Positions 1-6,819 of a stretch of DNA of 10,147 bases are shown here, piece after piece. The stretch's first letter is position 1. Each line of letters begins with the position of its first letter. The DNA is from a bacterium. GTDB taxonomy: Bacteria > DUMJ01. The stretch spans positions 1 to 10,147 of the forward strand of contig JBMFMV010000063.1 in assembly GCA_049970495.1 (NCBI GenBank), given 5' to 3'. The notes beneath the pieces are model-generated. The model saw only the letters and a program-made list of their open reading frames with translations, did not search any database and had not been told where the DNA came from. The translations under genes were made by a program, and so were the position numbers.

Positions 1-1044
1 CTTGCTGTTGAGAGTAAACTATTCAATAAGGTCAAAGGGAAGGGAGGATTCTATCTAGAACCTACTGATAGATTGGAGCTTTACAGGAGTTTAACTTCAA
101 CAGAGAAATATTTTTCCCTTTTAGAGACTTTTTGGAGGGATATAGATTGGAGAGTTATAGGTACTAGTAGGTTCAGTCGAGATTTTCCAATTCTTCCTTT
201 TAGGTTATTTCTCTTTAGCGTTTTTGGGAATCCTAATTTTGCTAAAAAACACGGAGAAGTATCTTTTTCTATCAATTCTCAAATAGATCAAATCTTTTTG
301 ATCTTACATTTATACGGGCTCTTTGATGTAAAATTTTCTAAAAACGATCCAACAATACCTGAGAAATATTATATATTTGTATCTAGGGTTTCCTTAACTC
401 CATTGGGGAATCTATTACTCCCTATATTGGCTAAAGAGAGAGATGTCGAGCTTTGGAATATCCCTTATAGAAAGCAGGAGTTTGGGGAACCTAATCCTAT
501 CCCTGGTTCTCCATTGCGCATTAGCTTAAAGAAGAAAGCTATAGGAACATCTTACGAAGAAGAACCATTCTTTCTTCCATTTACCGGTATCTTTAAAGAA
601 GAGTTGACAAGGACTTTACCTAGAATAAAAGAAGAGTATAAGTTTATAGATGGAACTTATGTATTTAAGGTATCTTTGTCAAATAATAAAGATATATGGA
701 GGAAGATAAAGATTCCTGCAGACTATACACTTGCCGACTTGGCTAATGTTATTTTAGATGCCTACAGATTTGATTATGAACATCTATATTCTTTCTTTAT
801 GGATGGAAAAAAGTGGTCTGCTCATGAATATACCTCTCCAGAATCAGAAGAAGGTCCACATTCAGATATGGTTCAAATAGACGAATTAGGACTAAAAGAG
901 GGACAGAGTTTCTTGTTTTTATACGATTACGGAAGAGAGTGGTGTTTTGATGTAAAATTAGAAAAGATAGAAGAAAAGAAGATAGACAAGGCTAAGATCT
1001 CAGAAAGGCATGGAAGGTCCCCTGCCCAGTATCCAGAATGGTGA
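1..1044 (+). CDS. Plasmid pRiA4b ORF-3 family (MM3350-like C-terminal domain) protein, 5'-truncated by the window edge
   Basis: Frame is open from base 1 (LAVESKLFNKVKGKGGFYLEPTDRLELYR...), so the TTG at 73 is not the true start. The C-terminal YVFKVSL...IWRKIKIPADYTLADLANVILDAYRFDYEHLYSFF...FLFLYDYGREWCFDVKLEK...PAQY matches the pRiA4b ORF-3 pattern. Confidence 0.8.
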   Translation, partial: LAVESKLFNKVKGKGGFYLEPTDRLELYRSLTSTEKYFSLLETFWRDIDWRVIGTSRFSRDFPILPFRLFLFSVFGNPNFAKKHGEVSFSINSQIDQIFLILHLYGLFDVKFSKNDPTIPEKYYIFVSRVSLTPLGNLLLPILAKERDVELWNIPYRKQEFGEPNPIPGSPLRISLKKKAIGTSYEEEPFFLPFTGIFKEELTRTLPRIKEEYKFIDGTYVFKVSLSNNKDIWRKIKIPADYTLADLANVILDAYRFDYEHLYSFFMDGKKWSAHEYTSPESEEGPHSDMVQIDELGLKEGQSFLFLYDYGREWCFDVKLEKIEEKKIDKAKISERHGRSPAQYPEW

Positions 1045-1059
1045 GTAATCTGTATTAAA

Positions 1060-1064
1060 GAGGT
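1060..1064 (+). promoter_or_regulatory. Shine-Dalgarno site (GAGGT) of the DUF1156 gene
   Basis: aaaGAGGTatctATG precedes the ATG at 1069. Confidence 0.7.
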
Positions 1065-1068
1065 ATCT

Positions 1069-2561
1069 ATGGAAGATTTTAGAAAGAGCTTTATTGAAGA
1101 TACATTTCCAGTGAAAGAGGTTAGTGAAGAATCTGCAAGAGAAAAGAACATCCGCCACGGTCATATATCAACACTTCATATCTGGTGGGCTAGACGTCCC
1201 TTAGCTAGTTCTAGAACTACCTCATTTTCTGCACTTATTCCTACTATCGAAGATCCTCTCAGAAGAGACAAGTTGAGACAATTTATTATAAAGCTTTCCA
1301 AGTGGGAGAATTCTCTAGACCAAGGGATTATAAAAGATGCTAGAGAACTGATACTCAAATCAAATGGAAGAAACCCTCCAAGAATTCTAGATCCATTTTC
1401 AGGTGGAGGTTCCATTCCGCTAGAGGCATTAAGGCTTGGTTGTGAAGTCCATTCTTTGGAATATAACCCTGTGACAGTTCTTATATTAAAATGTACATTA
1501 GAATATCCGCAAAAGTATGGAAAACCAAAGAGAAGAAAGATAAAGGATGGGATGATAGAGAGGGAAGAAGAGTATAATCCCCTTTTAGAGGATGTTAAGA
1601 AGTGGGGTAACTGGGTCTTAGAAATGGCAAGAGAAGAGATTGGTAGATTCTATCCACAAGAACCGGATGGCTCAATTCCAGTTGGCTATATCTGGGCAAG
1701 AATTATCCCTTTCCAGAATCCATCCTGCAATGTAGAGATTCCTTTAATGAGACAGTTTTGGCTGGCAAAAAAGATAACAAAAAGGTAAGCTTATACCCTT
1801 ATGTGGAAGGAAAAGAGGTAAGATTTAAGATTGTTGGAGATGGTTATAAACCTTTCCTAAAGGACTTTGACCCTGAGAAAGGAACAGTGTCTAGGGCAAT
1901 AGTAGTCTGCCCTATCTGTGGCTCTACTATAGATGATGATACAACAAGGAAACTTTTTCAGGAAGGTAAGGCAGGACAAAGGATGGTTGCGGTAGTGTTA
2001 AGTCATGGGTCAGGGAAGAGATACGGGTTGGCAACGGAAAAAGATTTAGAGGTCTTTAAATCCGCAGAGAAGTATTTAGAGAAGAAAAGAGCGGAGCTAA
2101 TGGAGAAGTGGGGGATGGATCCGATTCCGGATGAACCACTGCTGCTTAAAGAAACGCTTGGTTTTCGTGTTCAGAGATATGGAATGCTTACCTGGGGTGA
2201 CCTTTTCAACTCACGCCAGAAACTTGCCCTAATTACATTTACTGAGAAAGTGTGGCTTGCCTATGAGAAAATGCTGGAGGAAGGATATGACAATGAATAT
2301 ACAAAGGTAGTGGTGGGGTATTTGGGACTTGCAATTAGTAGGTGTAGTGACTTCGAAAGTACATTATGCAGATGGCAGCCTCAATGGGAATTTATTCCAA
2401 ATACGTTTGCTAGACAGGCACTTCCTATGTTGTGGGATTATGCAGAGCTAAATTTATTTTCTCCTATTTTAGCTGGAACATGGGAAAGTATGTTGGGCCA
2501 GATAGAAGGTGTTTTCTCTCACCTCTTCCAAATCCCATCTGTTGAGGCAGAAGAAAAATGA
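1069..2561 (+). pseudogene. DUF1156-domain adenine-specific DNA methyltransferase with Zn ribbon (COG1743), frameshifted at about 1767-1773 and lacking the C-terminal catalytic half
   Basis: Family N-terminal signature FPVKEVSEESAREKNIRHGHISTLHIWWARRPLASSR, SAM-binding motif I ILDPFSGGGSIPLEALRLG, Zn-ribbon CPICG, and [13 protein letters not shown] / [16 protein letters not shown]. ORFs 1069-1788 and 1758-2561 join via a -1 shift (..[16 protein letters not shown]..) to give about 497 aa. No DPPY motif IV follows in any frame. Confidence 0.88.
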
Positions 2562-2640
2562 AGAGCTTAGAGGAGCAAGGAGTAACACAGGCGAGGACGC
2601 CTATGCCACCAGAAAGGACTATTAGAGATATGAGAGAGGG
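2558..2640 (+). other. Possible 5' stub of a translationally coupled downstream ORF ([28 protein letters not shown]...), probably a remnant
   Basis: ATGA overlap with the DUF1156 stop at 2558-2561. Beyond about 2650 the ORF runs through a terminator and antisense to the next gene, so the full 62-aa call is unlikely. Confidence 0.3.
2586..2609 (-). repeat. REP-like element: GTGG tetranucleotide followed by a GC-rich imperfect palindrome
   Basis: Minus strand reads GTGG-CATAGGCG-TCCT-CGCCTGTG: an 8-bp stem with one G-T pair and a 4-nt loop. GT(A/G)G plus a hairpin is the architecture of RAYT-associated REPs. Single copy in this window. Confidence 0.6.
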
Positions 2641-2653
2641 TAATGTAAAAATT

Positions 2654-2679
2654 ATAGGCAAGGGTTTTCCCTTGCCTAT
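2654..2679 (-). terminator. Intrinsic terminator hairpin, possibly bidirectional
   Basis: Perfect 11-bp stem ATAGGCAAGGG-tttt-CCCTTGCCTAT, 14 nt past the stop of the minus-strand gene at 2694. It is followed by AATTTTTA on the minus strand. Confidence 0.8.
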
Positions 2680-2693
2680 TTGGATAAGTGATT

Positions 2694-3560
2694 TTACCAG
2701 TTTACAATGTTTTGAAGGAACTTCTTGTTACTGTAGAGGTCTATAAAGTCTGTTTGATTATTATAGCAATCATTGCCAAATATATTTACGTCTCCTACCG
2801 CTATAACTTTACCTGAACCTATCTGTGCCACTGCTGATACAATAATACTTGCTACCTTATCTTTTGTATCTGGAGCCTTTATCCCAACTCTTATACTATT
2901 TCCTCCTAGGTCTCTTGATAAGTTACTTGCGGTATAAGCACTAGATGACGCATAAGCTATAGCTATTCCGGGACTCTGAACAGATAAAGAGCACCCTAAT
3001 ATATATGCTAATTTAGTTAAACCATTTGTTACTGGATGAGGTGCAAAAGTTGAAATTAAGGGCCAGTAATTTGTTCCGTTATAGTTGTTTGTATTGTCGT
3101 ATACTGTATCATTGTTGAACGTTATTCCTGTACCTAGTGCTGTAGAAATGGCATTTAGGTTTGTATTTGCATTACTACCCATAACCACCCAATTCACCCA
3201 ACATAACAAGTTTTCCACCAGCCCTTACAAAGTCTACTAGTGTCTGTTTTTCATTAGAGCTATAAGCTTGGAATGGTGCTGGAAGAATAACTATCCCATA
3301 AACAGAGATAGATGGATTAAATCCTGCAGTTGAGGCTCTATTTACTGTATACCCCATATCTTGAAGGGTTGTTACAAGTTTTCCATAAAGGCATTAAATT
3401 CATACTCATCAAAATTATTTTCGTTCTGATGAATATCATCTATAAGTACTACCTTTGGTATAGGAATACATGATGGTATACAAGAACATCCGCCAAACTG
3501 CCCTAACCTGAAGGCTACTATAAGAAAAAGTAGCACAAATCTTACCACTAAACTTTTCAT
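2694..3560 (-). pseudogene. Secreted or lipoprotein DUF4350-like (class I glutamine amidotransferase-like fold) protein, broken by two frameshifts
   Basis: Three fragments join into one 288-aa reading: signal peptide with a possible lipobox (..FGGC), VLIDDIHQN, [shift about 3388] YGKLVTTLQDMGYTV..YGIVILPAPFQAYSSNEKQTLVDFVRAGGKLVMLGELGGYG, [shift about 3179] SNANTNLNAI..HPVTNGL..GSGKVIAVGDVNIF..NKKFLQNIVNW. SD GAGGTG lies upstream of 3560. Confidence 0.75.
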
Positions 3561-3595
3561 TTAAAGCCACCTCTTAAAGGTTTTTTATTAGGTAG

Positions 3596-3651
3596 TCTTA
3601 GGATAGCGAAGTAGCTATAACCTTTCTCCTTCTTTAAAAACTATCCTAAGA
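3596..3651. repeat. Perfect 11-bp inverted repeat with 34-nt spacer in the intergenic leader
   Basis: TCTTAGGATAG (3596-3606) and CTATCCTAAGA (3641-3651). Confidence 0.6.
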
Positions 3652-3713
3652 ATTATCTTTATTTCTAAAGAATCGAATATAAAAATAAAAGTCAAGTGTA
3701 ATTAGAATGGCTT

Positions 3714-4670
3714 TTATATCTGTGAGTGGTAGATTTTATCTACTAAGTCCATTGTTTTATATGCGTCATAAAAGTTAGTAAGAGGTAGCTTTTTCTCCTT
3801 GATACAATCTATGAAATGTCTATTCTCCTGATAGAATCCTGCAATCTTGTGGAAAGCATCTGTTCCTACATATCTTTTAGCTTCAATTATCTCCGGATTT
3901 TCATTATTGTCTTTAAATATCTTGGCTTCAGATTCTGGATCTACAAATGCCGATATACCTATAGAATGCATCTCAACAGAAAAGATACGTTTTCCTGCTC
4001 TCCAATTTGTATTTAGATATCCTATAGAGCCATTTTCAAACTTTATAAACGCATTAAAAGAATTTTCAAATGCTGAATTTATAGCTCTTATGTCAGAAAA
4101 GACTTTTTTGGGTTCTCCACATAGAAACCTGAGGATATCTACTGAGTGTATAGCATCGCAAGTCAGTATATCAATGGCTCCGTTATAGTATGGTCCACCA
4201 GTGTAATTTTTGACAAATGTTGCTATAGCCTGTGTTATTCCTCCTCTGGTGTCTATCTCTTTTTTGCAAGCTACAATCAATGGGGCAAATCTTCTCTGAA
4301 ATCCTACCATAGTAAGGCAGTTATTCTTCTCTGCAGTTAATGCCATCTGACAAGTTTGTCCCTTAGTAACACCTGGAGGCTTCTCTATAAATACGTGGAG
4401 TTTCTGGTTTAGACAGTGAATAACTATATCAAAAAGATGATGGGGTGGCATAAGGATGTATACAGCTTCAGGGTTCGTATTTTCTATCATCTCTTTATAG
4501 TCTTTAAAAGTATTCTTAATATGAAAAATTTCTGCTGTTTTTCTTAGTTTTTCTTCCACCAGATCACAGAGACCTACTATCTCTACATCTTCAAACTCTA
4601 CTAAAGAAGGATAATGAACAGCATTAGCCATGCTCCCTGCACCTATTAAAGCAACCTTTACTTTATCCAT
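3714..4670 (-). CDS. Gfo/Idh/MocA family NAD(P)-dependent oxidoreductase
   Basis: Rossmann start KVALIGAGSMA, HVFIEKPP motif, MVGFQRRFAP, and the DAIHSVD catalytic region. Strong SD AGGAGG upstream. Confidence 0.93.
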   Translation of the reverse strand: MDKVKVALIGAGSMANAVHYPSLVEFEDVEIVGLCDLVEEKLRKTAEIFHIKNTFKDYKEMIENTNPEAVYILMPPHHLFDIVIHCLNQKLHVFIEKPPGVTKGQTCQMALTAEKNNCLTMVGFQRRFAPLIVACKKEIDTRGGITQAIATFVKNYTGGPYYNGAIDILTCDAIHSVDILRFLCGEPKKVFSDIRAINSAFENSFNAFIKFENGSIGYLNTNWRAGKRIFSVEMHSIGISAFVDPESEAKIFKDNNENPEIIEAKRYVGTDAFHKIAGFYQENRHFIDCIKEKKLPLTNFYDAYKTMDLVDKIYHSQI

Positions 4671-4704
4671 GAGAAAACCTCCTCTTTCATTTAATATGGT
4701 TTCT

Positions 4705-4716
4705 ATTATAATATCA
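4705..4716 (-). promoter_or_regulatory. Candidate extended -10 promoter element of the oxidoreductase gene
   Basis: Minus strand TGaTATTATAAT about 35 nt upstream of the ATG. No good -35 is visible. Confidence 0.4.
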
Positions 4717-4736
4717 CATCTAAAATTTTTGGTCCT

Positions 4737-4759
4737 TACAATGACTAATTGTTATTGTA
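4737..4759. promoter_or_regulatory. Second 9-5-9 palindrome in the divergent intergenic region, candidate operator
   Basis: TACAATGAC-taatt-GTTATTGTA, with one mismatch. Confidence 0.45.
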
Positions 4760-4774
4760 GGGGACTTATGATTC

Positions 4775-4804
4775 TTGACTCTTCTATCTATATTGTGCTA
4801 TTAT
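4775..4804 (+). promoter_or_regulatory. Sigma70 promoter of the zur-znu operon
   Basis: -35 TTGACT (4775-4780), 18-nt spacer, extended -10 TGcTATTAT (4796-4804). Confidence 0.75.
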
Positions 4805-4805
4805 T

Positions 4806-4828
4806 TAGATGAAACTAAATTTCATCTA
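4806..4828. promoter_or_regulatory. Putative Zur box (autoregulatory operator)
   Basis: Perfect 9-5-9 palindrome TAGATGAAA-ctaaa-TTTCATCTA directly after the -10, over the expected transcription start, upstream of a Fur-family gene and a zinc ABC transporter. Confidence 0.78.
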
Positions 4829-4843
4829 GATGTTTGGTTAGAG

Positions 4844-5266
4844 ATGGATAAGGTTAGTGAGTTGCTTAAAAGTACAGGAGAAAAGTGTACAGAACAGCGT
4901 AAACTTATACTGCAGGCAATACTGGAATTGTCTAAACCTGTTAGTGCAGATGAAGTATATGAATATTTATCTTGGACTAATAAGGTTGGACGGACTACTG
5001 TCTATAGAACACTTGAATTATTTGAGAAGAAGAAGATAGTAAGAAGGATAATTTTTAAGGATGGAATTATAAGATATGAATCTACACTTCTAAGGCATCA
5101 CCACCACCTTATATGTTTATCCTGCGGTAAGGTTATACCTTTAGAGGTCTGTCCTATCGCATCTTTAGAAAATTCTATAGATAAGGACTTTGAATTTCAA
5201 GTTACTGAACATTTCCTTGAATTTTATGGCTATTGTAAGAAGTGTAAAGGAGGTAAGACGGAATGA
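4844..5266 (+). CDS. zur: Fur-family transcriptional regulator, probably the zinc uptake regulator Zur
   Basis: TEQRKLILQAI, VGRTTVYRTLELF helix-turn-helix, HHHHLICLSCG and YGYCKKC. The start is moved to ATG 4844 (MDKVSELLK, 140 aa) because the TTG at 4775 is the -35 box. The gene heads the znu operon. Confidence 0.85.
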   Translation: MDKVSELLKSTGEKCTEQRKLILQAILELSKPVSADEVYEYLSWTNKVGRTTVYRTLELFEKKKIVRRIIFKDGIIRYESTLLRHHHHLICLSCGKVIPLEVCPIASLENSIDKDFEFQVTEHFLEFYGYCKKCKGGKTE

Positions 5267-6120
5267 AAGTATTAGCGGTATTGTTAATTTTGACTTTTTT
5301 ATTTACCCCAGTGTTTGCTAAAGATAAGCTTAATGTGGTTGTGAGTTTCTATCCCCTATACGACTTTACTAAAAATATAGGCGGAGAAAAGATAAATATA
5401 ACTACGATTATACCATTCGGAGTAGAACCTCATGATTGGGAACCTAATCCCGAGGATGTTATAAAAATAATAAATGTAGATCTATTTATCTATAATGGGG
5501 CAGGGTTAGAACCCTGGGCTGAGAAATTAATAAGAGATTCTAAGAGTAAGAAACTTGTTGTCATAGATATGTATAAGTCTATTGGAGCAAGGGGAGAAGA
5601 CCCTCATATTTGGCTTGATCCAGTCTTAGTTAAAGCCCAGCTGAAGGTTATCAAGGATGTTCTTATAAAACTTGATCCAAATAATAGATTATACTATGAG
5701 ACAAACTATAAGAATTATCTGAAGAAAATAGAAGACTTAGAAAGAGAAATAAAAAGTACCCTTTCCAGATGTAAAAAGAAGGTCTTTGTAACATCACATA
5801 ATGCATTTTCTAGATTTGCAGAAAGGTATGGACTTGAACAGATTCCTATAACGGGGATTACCCCTGAGTCTGAACCAAATCCAAAAGATTTAGTAAGGAT
5901 TATAGAGTTGATAAAGAAACATAAGATAAAGTATATATTTACAGAACCTCTTATACCTCGAAAATTCGCCCAGTCTATCTCAAAAGAAACAGGTACAAAG
6001 ATACTAGTTTTAGATCCAATAGAGGGCTTGAGTGAGAGTGATATCAAAGTCGGAAAGGATTACCTCTCCAAGATGAGAGAAAATTTAGAGAATCTTAAAA
6101 TAGCCCTTGAATATGAGTGA
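5263..6120 (+). CDS. znuA: Zinc ABC transporter substrate-binding protein (ZnuA/AdcA, cluster A-I)
   Basis: VVSFYPLYDF, EPHDWEP, DPHIWLDP, SHNAFSRF and LDPIEG give a His3-Glu ligand set. Signal peptide ends in PVFA. ATGA overlap with zur; SD GGAGGT. Confidence 0.9.
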   Translation: MKVLAVLLILTFLFTPVFAKDKLNVVVSFYPLYDFTKNIGGEKINITTIIPFGVEPHDWEPNPEDVIKIINVDLFIYNGAGLEPWAEKLIRDSKSKKLVVIDMYKSIGARGEDPHIWLDPVLVKAQLKVIKDVLIKLDPNNRLYYETNYKNYLKKIEDLEREIKSTLSRCKKKVFVTSHNAFSRFAERYGLEQIPITGITPESEPNPKDLVRIIELIKKHKIKYIFTEPLIPRKFAQSISKETGTKILVLDPIEGLSESDIKVGKDYLSKMRENLENLKIALEYE

Positions 6121-6817
6121 GAAGATACTTGAAATAAAGAATCTATATTTCAGATATAGAGATGAATTTGTTCTAGAAGATGTTAATTTTACACTGGACA
6201 AAGAGGAATTTCTAGGTATCATTGGTCCTAATGGGTCTGGAAAGAGCACTCTATTAAAGTTAATCGTGGGGCTTTTGAAACCTACAAAGGGTGAAGTGAA
6301 GGTCTATACAGATAGAATAAGTTATATTCCCCAGAAAATTACCTCTTTATATCACTTTTTCCCTGCTACAGTAGAGGAGATAGTAGCACTGGGAAGACTA
6401 TCCGATGGACTTTTAAGGAGACTTACAAAGAGTGATTATGAGTTAATTAATAACGCACTAGAAGTAGTTAATCTGAAGGAATTTAGGAATAAAAGACTTA
6501 GCGAACTTTCTGGGGGGCAACAGCAGAGAGCACATATCGCTAGGGCTATAGTGAGTAATCCAGAGATTTTGATACTAGACGAACCTACTACAGGAATAGA
6601 TGTAGTTAATCAGGCAAAATTTTATGAATTGTTAGGTCATCTAAATAAAGATATGCATATAACCATTATTATTGTCTCTCATGATATAAGTAGTATAGCT
6701 AATGAGGTTACAATTATGGCTTATCTGGATAAACGGTTACACTTTATAGGGAATCCCAAAGATTTCTTCAAGAAGGTTCTCTGGCCTCTGGAAATAGAGG
6801 AGTTACTTAAGGAGTAA
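6113..6817 (+). CDS. znuC: Zinc ABC transporter ATP-binding protein
   Basis: Walker A GPNGSGKST, signature LSGGQQQR, Walker B ILILDEP, H-loop SHD. The ATG at 6113 overlaps the znuA stop. Confidence 0.9.
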   Translation: MSEKILEIKNLYFRYRDEFVLEDVNFTLDKEEFLGIIGPNGSGKSTLLKLIVGLLKPTKGEVKVYTDRISYIPQKITSLYHFFPATVEEIVALGRLSDGLLRRLTKSDYELINNALEVVNLKEFRNKRLSELSGGQQQRAHIARAIVSNPEILILDEPTTGIDVVNQAKFYELLGHLNKDMHITIIIVSHDISSIANEVTIMAYLDKRLHFIGNPKDFFKKVLWPLEIEELLKE

Positions 6818-6819
6818 TT

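Noticed and set aside
3206..3385. 12-bp direct repeat ACAAGTTTTCCA at 3206-3217 and 3374-3385, near both frameshifts
   Set aside because: Both copies encode GKLV in the true frame and the sequence between them is needed for the protein, so this is not a target-site duplication. Probably chance.
3667..3695. TTGACT on the minus strand (3695-3690) as a promoter for the secreted-protein gene
   Set aside because: No acceptable -10 hexamer at 16-18 nt spacing.
2726..4766. Two small ORFs (2558-2746 and 4630-4812) both contain CYCRGL
   Set aside because: The nucleotide match is short and imperfect. One copy is antisense to a real gene and the other is intergenic regulatory DNA. Coincidence.
4775..4843. 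23-aa N-terminal extension of Zur from TTG 4775
   Set aside because: It coincides with the -35, -10 and operator, and would lie largely upstream of the transcript start.
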